NCBI GenBank assembly: GCA_048013815.1
Contig: CM106586.1
Coordinates: 9,114,001-9,178,000, forward strand
Direction: 5' to 3'
Source: Setoptus koraiensis
Taxonomy: Eukaryota > Animalia > Arthropoda
DNA: 64,000 nucleotides
The position numbers were made by a program, and so were the translations under genes. Under the pieces are notes generated by a model. That model searched no databases and was not told the origin of the DNA. It saw only the letters and a program-made list of their open reading frames with translations. Within the stretch, counting starts at the first letter, position 1. Every line of letters starts with the position of its first letter. Shown here one piece after another: positions 35,470-49,100 of this stretch.

Positions 35470-35738
35470 ACAGGCAGACGAATTCAACCCAATATTCAAC
35501 CAAATTTATTGAGCATGCCTGGCAAAGACTCTCTAGGACGCCAACGACAAATGAGGAGTCCTACTTCTTGCACGACTGCCAGAAGTTTTCTTTCAAAGAT
35601 CAAGTATTTCTTCTGATGTTCATCTAGAGTTCGGCTGGAGTAATCTACCTGTGGAATACAGAGAGGTACAACTCGTTCGTTTCCTTTTGTTTGAAACAAA
35701 GCACTCCCGATTACGTACCCGGATGCATCTGTATACTC
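35470..35738 (-). mobile_element. Degenerate Ty3/gypsy RNase H domain fragment
   Basis: YTDASGYVIGSALFQ..GNERV-[7 aa]-VDYSSRTLDEHQKKY..FERKLLAVV matches the LTR-retrotransposon RNase H consensus TDAS..G.GAVL.Q...ERP.AY.SR.L...Q.NY...E.ELLA.V. A WVEF remnant follows after a frameshift. Confidence 0.8.
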
Positions 35739-35740
35739 AT

Positions 35741-35909
35741 TTACGGGCACAAGACCTTTGCACCGACAACAGCCTAAATCTTGTCTTCTGATAGAGCTGA
35801 GCGGGAAAAGGTATAGCAAAACCCAACTAAAGTCTAAATAATCACGTTATTTTTTGAGGTCAATTGTTTCGCTTTTATTCGTCTCACGAATTAGGTCTTG
35901 TGCCCGTGA
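35741..35909. mobile_element. Candidate MITE (169 bp) with 17-bp terminal inverted repeats
   Basis: TTACGGGCACAAGACCT (35741-35757) vs AGGTCTTGTGCCCGTGA (35893-35909), 16/17 complementary. Both sides are flanked by AT. It truncates the RNase H remnant just upstream of TDAS. Confidence 0.55.
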
Positions 35910-36404
35910 ATATTTTGACAATTATTCCATACCGAGAAATCGACGAAATAATGATATCTGACTAGCCACACCGATCATATATTAGCACAATAATCTCAAA
36001 TCAGTGGTGTTGTAACGTATATTCATAGTTCGTTGAAATTCGTCCCTTTCTCCGCGGACGATATCAATTAGGCTAGAAATCAGAAACAATCAAAAGCGAA
36101 ATTCTTTTTCACCCCGAACATTTAACAATTCTCCCGTAGATGCTAGGGGGGCAATTGTGGATCCGAATAGAGACTGACACACATATGGTAGTTGGCGTTG
36201 AGTTGTTGTTGTTTTTTATTTGAATTGATGATAATATTGGTCAATAATTAAATCTAAATAATTATTTTGTTGAATGTTTTTTTTTTCTTCTTTTCTTTCA
36301 ATGTTGAGTGCAAAGTTATTACCACGGCTATTGTTGTTGTTGTTGCCTGTTGTCGTGTGTGCAGATCAATGAGCGCCAGTGCGCTTGGAATTTACCGCCT
36401 CAAC

Positions 36405-36496
36405 GAAAGGACGACAAGAGAACTCACCAAAATCGTGTTCTGCGCATGAGCAGTGAAAGGACGACAAGAGCACTCATGAGTTCTCTTGTCGTCCTT
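36405..36496. promoter_or_regulatory. Triplicated 20-22-bp motif (two direct copies, one inverted) upstream of histone H4
   Basis: GAAAGGACGACAAGAG(A/C)ACTCA at 36405 and 36455; the inverted copy TGAGTTCTCTTGTCGTCCTT at 36477-36496 abuts copy 2, forming a 40-bp near-perfect palindrome. TATATA follows at ~36506. Regulatory role is inferred from position only. Confidence 0.5.
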
Positions 36497-36609
36497 CTCA
36501 ATCGTATATATATGTGCTGCAATCATTAGACACAAGTCAGTATCACAAGATTAGTTCGACGCGAGCATCACGCAAATCTCATTATTAATTTTAGAATTAA
36601 AACCAATAA

Positions 36610-36942
<333 letters not shown>

Positions 36943-37015
36943 ATAATTTAACAGTTCTGCGGTGTCCAGCAGGTCGACTAGCTTAATGGCATCACGGTCC
37001 GCTGTTGATGTATAG

Positions 37016-37185
37016 ATGTCATGAACAACATCCTGCAATGACGTCCAGTTTTTGCCAGGCCAGTCAAGCCCATTTATTGCGACTGCCATACTTGACATGG
37101 CTATCATGGATGGCAGTAATAGACTCAATCGTGTATCTGTTGTATAGTTTATCAATCAAAATAAATCAATTCATTAGAAAATAAC
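37016..37185. repeat. Dispersed ~180-bp repeat, copy 2
   Basis: Partner of 32144-32325; contains AATAAA at 37160-37165. Confidence 0.9.
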
Positions 37186-40100
37186 AAATCATTAGCTTTA
37201 GTAATTCTTTTGGTTATTGTATAGGAATATCGTGGTGCAAGGGTATGTTTTGTTTCTTTCATGGGTACACATTTCTCTGGTTGGCCCAATCTCTCCCAAT
37301 AACCAGGCCATACCAATTCTAGAATGTTCTCTACGACGTCATTTGTAGTTGATTTGGTTGCAGCCAGGTGGCGCCTCGAACCTCTCAGACAGCACAGGTG
37401 AGAGACACCTGAGAGATTCAGATTGAGCCTTGTTTTCACAGGTAAGGAATCACATTGTAATGTTCATCATTCCAGCAGCAGCATGTTAGGAGACTAACAA
37501 TAACAGAGTCACATGTTGATCTTGGCGCAAAAGTGCACCGGTGCTAGATGAATCATTAGCGAGATTATAATCGCAGGCAGACTAACCGTGTAACACGTTT
37601 GATATGAAAGTTGAATTAAATTTCGCTGAAGCCAATCAGCACAAACAGTGATTTAGTGAATGTCACAGTGGGCAATGATGAGCAAAGGTTCTCACAAAAA
37701 CTGATGTTATGAATGAATTGTAAACGATGATGAAGAAGTGCCCAATGAGAGACGACATGTCACTGTTGATGACGTGCCGCCAGGTAAACGGACATACAGG
37801 GACAGGTGAAACAGGGATGATTGTTGTGCCTACGTGATCAACGGAAATATCTTTTTCCTCTTGATGGCGCACAGCATAAGGATTCCCATGATGGTTTATT
37901 ATGCATAATTATAAGCGAGAGAGCAACAGCGTCACCAAGAAGATGCTGCAACAACCTGCGTCTGACGCAATGCTCATCATGAGCAGTGATTATATAAAGA
38001 GAGGAACAATTTCTTTTGGTTGCACTATTAGAAACTTTGTTGCGTTGCCTATTCAGTCATCCAGTTAACCAATAATCACGTATTTGCCATCTCTAGCAGA
38101 TTATTATTATAAACGGACAATATTTTCGGATAGCAAATGTTCGACTGTGTTGAGCAGTGTGTATGCGATAACACCGAGTTGAGTTGTCATTGCATTGCAA
38201 ATGCTCATTAGTGGCCGATACCAAGCATGACACAATTGAAGATGGTCGCGACCGCTACCGTTAGCGCGTTATAACGTTATTTTGTGCAATTTAGTGACCA
38301 GACCAAACTAGTGACCAGAGTAGCCAAAATGTGTGAGCGTCGAGAGGAGAAAATCCATAAACACGCCAGCCACTAGAGAGCCAGAGATAATTACTTATGT
38401 CACTGTTGCTTGGATGCGGGATGGATGCTAAGCTGACGGGGCTTTGTTTGGGCCCGCGAGCACGGCATGCAAGCAGAGTGGCAACAGGAAAGAAGAATAT
38501 CCTCACCTTTTCTCTAGCTGGGTCCGTCTGTGGCGACGGCCATAACCGATGCCGGGCCGCTGTTGCAATGTCATGGATAAAAAACACACTCCACGACGGA
38601 AGTTTGTCTGTGTCGTTGTCTGTGTGTGCATATTATGCAACGTTTTATTATTTGCTCACGTACTGCGCGCTGTCGCGAGTGTTGGCCAAGCCTCAATACG
38701 CAACAACAGGAACAACAACAAGAGGAGACGTACGTGCCGTAACACGACCACTGCGACTATGATGTAAGAGAGAATTGTCAGATGCAAATAAGAGGAATGC
38801 AATTCGATTCTGTTCGTTCGTTCGAAGGCTCACAAGGTATCGAGTACCTTCTGTTTACGAGAGGCCAGGGGTTTGTGACGCGACCAGGGCCGCGCAATAA
38901 TATCGAGAAGCGACTACTCTCTCATGTTAATGGTAATACCCCGGGTGCCAGCAACTCTTGTAGCGGTTACGAGCACAAGAAGAAGCGAGAAGCGAGCAAG
39001 AAAAAAAGCGACAATCGCTGCTGCTGCAATCCAGTGAGGTAATTCAAGGGATGGTTTCATTCAGTGTTCTTTACAACTGCTGGCGCTGCAGCCAGCAGCA
39101 ACTGCTCAAGTTTTGCTCGAGGAAGCGTCGCCGCGCATTGGGCGTATATTCTTCGGGGGTTCCGTGAAGGAACGCAACCAGCGAACTCTAATTGAGCTCA
39201 CATGTGTGTGGCCGCTCTCCGTTGCCGTGCCGGCCCCTGCGACGTCCTTGAGCGCCGCGTCCCCATTTAATGCGGCCGCGGCGACCGACACACACAGATC
39301 GATTCGAATTTCGAACGTTCGAACGTTCGAATGTTCGATGACGAACGGGCAGGCCGCCATCTTTGATTGTGTCGGGCCAGTTCGACGGCGCACACACACC
39401 GTTCAACAATGACAATTCGGGGGGCAACACACTGCGTAAAGTTAGACAAACAGACTGCGGCCCCATGCACGGGGGCCAGTGTGCGTGGCCCCGACCAACA
39501 GCGCCGGCACCCAAGGAGGCATAACAGCACGGCGTTGGGGCCGCGTTATGTTGCAATGAGTCTGGCCGGCAGAGTCAATGGGCGGCTTACACAACGCGGC
39601 ACGGGCAACGGGGATCCGCCAACATGACACAAGAGCAGCATATCGTGCCATTAATTATGTCAACAGTGAACAACACGGCACAGAAAAAGCAGAAAGAAGC
39701 AGCTGATGCTTCCTGTCAGATTTAGCGTTCCGACGCGCCACGTTATGACGAACCAAGTGGCGTCTCGGGCACCAGTTATAACGGTGCCAGTTATAACTTT
39801 TATATACGCAATCATTAATGGGCACACAGCAGTCTATACATTGTTGAGCACACCGACAGCATAACAAACAATTTGTTGCTGCCGCTGGCCGCTGCCAATC
39901 GATCGATTTAGTGTTTGCCGATCCGATGAGCAACGGCAACCAGCAGCCGCGACCACCATTAGCATATTGCGTGCTCTTGCATCACAACTATCCGGCGTTG
40001 AATCACGTCACGTTTTGTCTCTTACATCGATAATGGTGCCTCGAGTTTCGGGACACTTTTTGCGAGAGTCCAACTTGTGCCCTTGGGCCGGCTTGTGCAA

Positions 40101-41510
40101 GCGGCCCGGCGACAATGGTCAGCCGGACAACCGGACGAGCGCACGGACAACCGGAGGCTCACGCAACAGGAAACGAGTCATCCTCGTGTGTGCGTGCCCC
40201 GTTTGCAGCAAACGCCTACGCACTCGCAATTTGGGACACAATTAGAGCCACTGGACACGACAGCGTCCTCGCTCTGTCGCAGAGCTTGTGACGGCCGGTC
40301 GAGAAGCCAACCTCAAATTAGCGTTCGTTGTCACTCGTTAATGGCCATCTAAATGGTCACCCCTTCTCTGTTGGCGTTCGAATCGTCGGTTCGAGGCCGC
40401 ACTCGTCACCGAGCGAACCAGCGCCGCCGCCGCCACCGAAAAAGCCACCGGCAGATGATGCTGAAGGGGCGGACTGTTTGTCGAAGTCTCAAATTGTTGC
40501 CAATGAATAAAAACGAGAGCAAAGCAGCGCAAATCAGTGAGTGTATAATTATTCGAGTATTCGGGCCTATCGAGTATTAGCGCAGCAACCATAGCGATAA
40601 AGAGGTCAAGTTGGCTGCCTTGCAATGGCACACAAACACAAAAGGCTCACGGGCAATGGTCAACTAACAAACTGTAAATTACAGATAAATTTTGCCAAGA
40701 GTGGTCGGCAGCCATAGGCTTAGCTGAAGGCAGCATTTAGCGTAGCTGCCAGTGAAAGTTCCATTGTTCTTGGTTTGTTGGGGCTGCTGGCGCTCGTTGG
40801 TCGGTTGCGGGGCTTGCACTTATGCGACCAAATATTATCGATTTTGCCAATCCAAGACACAGTTGATTGCCGAATTGTCTCACGCGATGACTCTTAATGA
40901 TTTGTTGTTATTCAATTGTTGCTGTTTCCTCGTTATTGTGTGTGTGTGTGTGTCTCCGATCATCTATTAATGATCACTAATAATAATAATGGACAGGCAA
41001 ACAATTAATGTTGGCCAACATTGTCACGACAATTGATAATCAATAGCTACTGGATTTATGTGAACAATGCAAATGGACACACGAGAACACAGGCCAATAA
41101 ATAAAGCCGGATAACGCGGGTAGCCACAGCCAATGGCTGCGGACGTAGACGAACATGAACCGGTAGCAGCGTCATCGGAGTATGTAAATGAGCGCCATTT
41201 ATTAGAGAATATTCTCTCATGATTCTCACAGGTCAACCGAATTGTGCCAACAATCGCAATCGTGTGTGTGTACGAATGCCCGAATCAGCCGATCAAACGA
41301 TCATTCCCATTCGATGCAACCCATTTTTAATCAACGCCGTCTCCTTGCAAACCCGCTGCACTGATGCACACACATGCAACCTGCCGACCTCTCTGACCTC
41401 GCTGATTTGAGCCATCGGGTAGCAATCATGAGGCAACAGTGGCAAAGGTATGACTGCTCCACTAACTGGTAATCTTAATGTTAATCTTGGACCCAATTGG
41501 CCAGTCGAGA

Positions 41511-41590
41511 ACTGACCACTCGAGAGAGACTGACCACTCGAGAGAGACTGACCACTCGAGAGAGACTGACCAGTCGAGATGGACTGACAG
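41511..41590. repeat. 18-bp minisatellite (ACTGACCACTCGAGAGAG) x~4
   Basis: Direct reading. Confidence 0.85.
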
Positions 41591-43091
41591 AAGAAAGTTG
41601 CAACAAAACTGCACCATCATGACACTAATTACCGTAAGGGGGCGCAACCCGTGTGAGTGGACCAGTTGCTCATTGTTCAGCGCAGTCATTCAGTGATTTC
41701 ATTCATTAATCGTTGAAACGAGAGCACAACAACCGTTGCGCCAAACACGAAAGGTAACACGCGCACGCGCCCTATCGGGCCAATCACTTCTGCGGGCTTA
41801 GCACGTGTTTTGTCCAACGGTGAATCTTCGACTGCGACTCTGCTCTGGCATGTTCCCTCGGCCCTAATCTTATTAATCTGACCAGAGAGATGATTTTTGT
41901 CATGACGTGAGTGAGTCGCGCGCATTCGAATGCGCTTGGCCCGGGTTCAACTGGACGCACACAGTGAGGAAGAGATAATGAGCGCTTCCCGATCGCAATT
42001 ACTACTGCTTCCTCTCGGTAATATTGCAAATTACCAATTACCGCACCGGCCAATAGCCGATGCCTGACAGCCGATACAGCGGATGCAGCGGGTACGGTCG
42101 ATGCAGTGGATGCGCTGGGCACAGTTGATGCGTCGATAGGCTCTGCTCGATAGGATCCGCTGAGCGCCAATCAGATAATCCGACGAGCGGTCGCCGCTGA
42201 GCGGAGCGGCCGAAATCCATACAAATTGTACGAAATGAGTTCACTGTCGCTGTCACTGTCGCTGGCCGGTGCCACTGACTATCAATTAACGTGCGCCAAT
42301 GAATGAGTTGCCAGTGTAACATTTTGCCGATTCAACGGCCAGGTCAGTGGGCAGCGGCGACAAACTGGCACTAGCAATTAAGCGTGACCTTTAACTCGCG
42401 CTGACCTCTTTTGTTGCTGGCGCTCGATCGGTCGATGCGTCATTGTTGTCGCTATGATAATGCCACCGCTGGAGCCAATCAATTGCAGAGTCGAGCGGCG
42501 GACTCGATCGGCGGAGTCAAGCGGCGGAGTCAAGCAAGGGTGTCAAGGTCAACAGCGGACAGGCTGGCTACCGTGCGCGCGTCGCTGAGCCGCGCCCGCG
42601 TCCACTTGCGCCTATTATAATATCATACGCTTGCTATCATCGCAACAGCGCCCCCGTCGGCGGGCGCCGAGACCGAGGCGCCGCGGCGGCCCACCACTGG
42701 CCAACGCACTGGCCGATCGCCGGCCCACCACTGGCCAACGCGCTGGCCGACCACTGGCTGACCACTGGCGCTGGTTGACACGGCCAGTTGTGGCCGGAGG
42801 AGCTGGCGAAAAGGCGAGTGGCGATCGCCACTCGCCGATCGGAGCGAGACTCGTTCTGTGAGAATGGTTCTAAGCGCGCCGTAGATGATCGGATGAGGCG
42901 CACTGACCAGTGGCGCAATGATGCTGGCGGCCGATTGATGCGGCAACGATCGACGATATGCGGCGCAGCAACGGCATAAATGAATTGCATAAATTTAGAT
43001 AACAACTGTCAGCGAGAGTATGCGCTCATCACCGTGTTAGAGTGTCCATTTTGTGCAACTACCACATTTGGCGTCCACTGCCCATGGCTTC

Positions 43092-43170
43092 CACTATACA
43101 CTGTACATAGACTATACATGGACTATACATGGACTATACACATAGACTATACATAGTCTACACACAGACT
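43092..43170. repeat. ~11-bp minisatellite (GACTATACAT(A/G)) array
   Basis: Direct reading. Confidence 0.75.
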
Positions 43171-46100
43171 GTACATAGAAGCGACACTGGCAAGTTAAGT
43201 AACATTTTTGCATCATCATTGGGCCAATTGGCTACACATGTTGCTGGTGTGGAGTGAATGTGCACTTGTTGTTATCATGTGTACCTTATGATTAGCGGCC
43301 ACATCCATGGCAGCATCGTTTGTTTATTATGCAGCGGCACTCGCACGCCCGTCGGTGTGGGTATCGCTGGCATGCAGCGCCAACGCTGACAAGTGTCGCT
43401 GTTACCTGCGCCATGGACAGCCGATACGGCCGCCCCGATAGATAGAGAGCCAGCTGAACGCGGCTTTGTCCCATGCGCCTAATGAATTCGCGCGCCCGTC
43501 TAGATGGGTATAAATAAATATTAATTCACTTTAATTTATTTCTGAGCCGCGTTCACCTGCTCTCCGCCACGCCGAGCTGCGTCTGCTGGCTCGCCGACCG
43601 GGGGCAGCCGCAAAGAGCCATAAAGTGGCAGCGCAAACACCCAACTTTGCCGGGGATCGCGCGTTGCTGGCTGGCCGACCGACTGACTGGCTGGCTGGCC
43701 GACTGACTGGCTGGCTGGCGGCGAATGCGTCGCCCGATTCGCGCCGAAGCGGCGCTCGCTCGGTGCCCGTTCGGCGGAGCGCCGAACGGCCACAAGCCAA
43801 CAAGTAGCTGTCGCACATACCAGCCGGCCGGCCGCGGCCAACACTAACGTGGGCTATCTCTGTTACATCACTGGCGATGTTTGCCGAGAACAAATTGTAT
43901 GATGGACGTTGGACGACGGCGGCGACATTGCTGTTGCATTAGCTGTAGCAGCAGCAGCGTCAACAGCGCCACTCGGTCGGTTGTGGTCTAACTGCGAATG
44001 ATCGAATTGTGGCCACAAGAGAACGGCGATAATTACACACACACACAGCAGAGAATTGCAAACAGAGTATTATAAACAGCGAATTGGAACTGAAAGCCAG
44101 AGATAGATAAGATAAACGGCAGAATGCGGCAAATGCGCGCTGGCCGCTCGCCTCGGCTCGATTGTGGCCAGCTCCAATTGACAACAACAATAACAAGTGT
44201 ATGTGCTCATTGCGTTCACAAAATGGCGATTGTAGCGCGACCGAACCATGTTGCCGTTGGTGCGCCGCTGGTGACACTGGCTGGCGCGCACCAAATATGC
44301 GCTCGCCCGATATCATCGGGCCGTCGTATGCGCCCATGCAAGCGCGCCAACGCCAACCTAAACGCAACCACACCGGCGCTGCGTCGAGCCAAAGTCGAAC
44401 AGCCCAATTGTTTGCGGGCACCGGGCAACCGCAACAGTACGGCACCGCAACTTGTTGATCGGCCAGCGCCAAGCGAAATGTGACTTTTTGTGTGTGCCGA
44501 GATGACTAATTGAATCATCTCTATTGGTATCGCCAGCGCTGTCAGTCGGCTGACAGCGACTGCGGGCAGTGGCCAGCTCTGTATTTTGCTGTCGTTTGCC
44601 AGCCTACAGCAACATGTTGTCATGTTCGAGTGTCGCGTTGACCACCGTTCGCCATCACAACACTGGTCGCTATTGATACACTGGTCGCTATTGGTACAAC
44701 ACACAATTGTTTGCCCGCTGGTTGGCCCGTTTGTTTGCTCGGTTGATGCGCGTCTGTGTGCCGACCAACTGTGACTTACTGTGTGTTACGTCATTTATTG
44801 TCATTTATTTAATTAGCGATACGACTAATTCACAGCTGAAATATACAACTGTGAACACTCGGACAGCTAGCGCTCGAGTGACCAGTGCCTTTGGCAGCCG
44901 CCACTGACCAATGCCGAAACGAGGAGCGCGCGGCAACAGAGGGCGCGCCGCAGCGCCCAAAATAGCACAGAAATTCGCATTTGCAATCCCTTCGCGCAAA
45001 GTGAATGATTGATGTCGACAGTCGGGCCTCTATTGTCGCCACTCGCCAGCGATTACAAATCATTGATTTGATACAACTATTTGTAGCAACCAGTGATAAC
45101 AACATTGTAAGCGCGCGATGATTTGATATAAATTGCCAATTCATATCCACTCAGAACGTGACACGATTATAGGCGATGAATCGTTCGTGTTGACCGGCAA
45201 TTGTTGGCCGGTATCAGCTGCATCAGCAACAGCGACTCGCGATGTAGCACCTTTGGCATAATGATCAACTCGTTTGGCACAGATCATCGATTTGCGCCAA
45301 TGCGCACAAAATCACACCAACCAAACAGAGAAAGTCAATGACCTGATGGCCGTCGACGAGCGCGCAGTGAGTGGCGCGAGTGGCACAGTGAGTCGCGATG
45401 TGAGAGCGAGCAAAACGACAATAGAGCATCGGGCGGCCGGTCACCTCGCGAGGGATTATCCCCCATTTGGTGTCGCTCGGCTTCGGTGTCACTAAAGTCA
45501 CTCGTTTGACTGACAAGTCAAAACCTCAAAAACTCAAAACCTATTTCTAGTATCGCACCCGCGAGCGCAAGGTGCTCGACATTGCGCAGCTCGCTGTTGC
45601 TGTGACTAGTCGCTCAAGTTGCACAATTATGCAATTATTGCTAGTTGCCCAACTAGCAGTGCCAGTGTCGCCAGCTCGAGTGCGCGTGAAACAAAAGATT
45701 CAAAACTGTATGACTCGTCTAATTGATCTGTTTCATCTAATTGATCTGCTTCATCTAATTGATCTCTTTGATCTCATTAGTCGCGCGCCGCCGACACTCG
45801 ATTTGCAATTTGCATTGGCGAGACAGCACACAATAATTAGTATCATTTTGCGTCATATTGCGCCAATGAATTGTTGCTGCTGCTGCTATTGGGATACAAT
45901 TACAGCCATTACCGTCAGTGCGGTGGTGATCTATTTGGACGTAACGCCATTAATTGAGATAGCAGGCCCAATCGAGTGATCATTGTGATTGTGCGTTACC
46001 TACGCCGACGACGACACAACTCATTAGTGGGCGCATCTTTGTGTTTCAACGCAGCAAGTGGGTCGTTGAACTCGCACGATCGCAATTGCAGTGTCTTCAA

Positions 46101-49100
46101 ATGCCAATTAATCAGCAGCCACATTAACCCTCTTGTTGTCGGCCACTTGTAACAGTGAAAATAAAATAAAATAAAAACGATAACAATTGTCCCGTTGTGC
46201 GTGCCCATCATTAGCCATCATTATTATTTGCTAACAACAAACAACAATCAATTGTGTGACAGCTGATGAAAGCGGAAGACGCACACGAGGAAGTGGCCAG
46301 CGAGACACACTGACAGCCGATCGTTGAGAGTGAGTGAGACGACGATGATTTGGGTCATCATTACATCGATCGGCCCAATGAATAAAAAACTTGCAAAATG
46401 CTCTAGTTGCACAACACACCTTATGTTGTTTACCAGCTGTTTAAATACACGCAATAAGCCCAGTGTTACAAATGTAATGTTTACAACGGATACAAACAGC
46501 TCGCGGATTCACAAAATGATGCAAACATTGTCAACTGATCGATTGAGATACACGCATTCAATAATGATCAATGGTGAACATTCCTGGCATTCCTTGGAAT
46601 AGATAGACAAAATCAGTGACGATGCTGCTGCAGTCGGCCACACTGTGTGACACATGACATGCAAACGGACGGAGGTATGCAAATCAGCATAACGCACACG
46701 GCGTCATCGATTCATTGTCGCTTGGCCACCACTAATAGCCGCCACCACACAACACATAGCAGTCAGCTGTTGGTGCGTCCACAATTCAGCTGACCACTGG
46801 TCCATTAGTGTCTGTCCATTGACGTATCCGTGTTCGGTGCTGATTGAACACGACTGAGCAGTGAGCAAGATGAAACGTCATACTGCTGCCGGTGTCAGTC
46901 TCAAACGTGCCAGCGACGATAAGAACAACGCAACTCGAACTGGCCAGTGTCACAACGATAATCTGTCGCGAGATCTGTCACGGCGTTTGTCATCTTGCAG
47001 CGCGGCGACCGTTGCGATGCGTGGCACCTGGCCCACCGATTGCACCATCGCTATGCGCTGCCAGACAGTTGTTGTGGCTGTTGCTGTCGCTGTTGTTGTT
47101 GTCGTTGTTGTTGTCGTTGTTGCTGCTGTTGGCGGCTAGCCGGCTAGTCGCTCAGCCGGCCGCCAGGGCACAGGTGAGGCCGGCGAGGATAGCGCACCGG
47201 TGGCGCAAGTATCAGAGCGACAATGGCGGCCGAGCGGCAGCAGAAGTGTGCTGCGTCGCAACACAAATGATCATACGCTTTTACGTCACCTGCGTTTTAT
47301 GAATGGCAAATGGTTTGCACGCGCTGCGAGCACACACTGTCCGTGGAGCACTGTCACTGCTCGCAATGGCGACATGAATGAATTATGTCACTCAGCGTAT
47401 GTGTGCAGCATGACACAATCCGATCCGATCCAGGGGACTTATTTATGGCGGCGCTGCGTCGGTCCGATAGCCGGCACAATGGCCATTTGGATTTATTATT
47501 CGGAGCGGCCGTCTGCTACGTGTTGCTGGCGCTGCTGTCGTTCGGTGTTTGAGCGCACCAAAACAACACGGCACAGCACGTTGGCAGCCAATGATGGCGC
47601 GACACACAGCACACTTTTGGTGGTGGCGCTTATGCAATGCAAACAACACACACGCACCGCGAGTGGGCACGTCCAATTTTGGCACGAGCCAAAAAGTAGA
47701 GCAAACAAAAAGAAGCCATTCATGCCAGTGTGTGCAGTTCATGCCAGTGTGTGCAGTTATATCACATGTGACGCGGATAATGGCACGGCGTCGTCGCAAC
47801 GAGTCCGCAGGGGACGCGCGCTGCCGCGGCTGCCGTCGCTGGGGCTGCGGCGTCAGTGCCAAGCCATCGGGCCGACGCGGCACGGGCACAATGACCAGCG
47901 CCAAATAAACTGTGCGCCGCACAATGTCACCTATGCGCGATTTGTCACTGCAGCCACCGGGTCCATGGGGTCCGCCATTTGCGCCGCTTGCCGCCGGTCA
48001 CCAAACCGGTCGGACACACGCCGATGGGGCCCGCGAGGCGAGCGACGGCCGCTGCCGCAGCCAATTCTTCGACAACCTCCACAGCGACGGCCTCCACAGC
48101 GACGGCCTCCACAGCAACGCCCCCGATAATCGTGGCGATAATCAGTGGCGAGTGGGCCGCTGATGTGTCAGCGGCCGCGCCGACCATCGAGCATGTCAGC
48201 GGCAGCACCTGGTACAAACTCGAGAGTGGACGTGTGGCGGCGGCGGCGGCGGCGACGGGCGCCTTCTGGTCGCACTCGTGGCTCGTCCACTTTTACATTG
48301 TGCGGCCGTCGGCGGTCAACTGTTGCGCGGCACCGGCGCGCTGGTTCAAACTGGTTCATCGGCCAGGTCAGTCAGCACGCGCTTGTACCCTAGGTAGGCT
48401 GAGCGCTGCGGCGTTGCGAGTTCTGGCTGGCTGGCCGCGCCACAATCCAACGCAAGCAACAACAACGCTTGCGATTTGAACGCGTCGGCGGCGTCCAACA
48501 ACCACCGGCCCGGCAGCCAGCCGAGCATTGATGATGATGATGATGATTTGCATCATTTGCATGCAAATCATCAAATGACGCCTGACACGCGCAAGCTTGC
48601 ACCACTTTGGCAACGGGGCCGTTTTGTCATCGTGCGCTCCTCTCGTCGTCGTCGGCGGCGGCGGCGGCCGCCGATCGGCCAACAGCGCCGAGCAATTGTT
48701 GTTAGCGCTGTTGTTGTTTGTCATCAAGCAAACCAGTTGCTCGTGCAAACGATGATCGAGCAGCAGCAGCCCCTCTCGCTCATTCATGAATGAATCAGTC
48801 CGACGGCAGGCGCATTGGCACTGGAATATACAGCACGCCAGTACAGGAATTAGGAGGCCTCCAACAATTGCTGACTTTCGCCAGGCGCGCACATTAGTTG
48901 TTGTGGCGGAGATAATAAAATTGAATAACAACGCAACAACCGGCACATGTGCAATAATGTCGCGGCCACTTTCAAGATTAACACACTCATTGATTGTGTT
49001 AGGCCCAGCAGTTTACAATTTTGACAATTTTACCAACACAAACGCAAATAGCAGATGATCCGCTTAATGATTGGCTGACAAGCTGCGCTAATGTGCTGCT

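Noticed and set aside
39303-39340. Heat-shock element (GAACGTTC repeats)
   Set aside because: The period is 8 bp (TTCGAA with no spacer), not the 10-bp nGAAn/nTTCn alternation; it is a tandem palindromic microsatellite.
37190-39420. Possible multi-exon gene between H4 and the GC-rich block
   Set aside because: Several protein-like segments and splice-like sites exist on both strands, but every chain I tried hit stops or phase conflicts.
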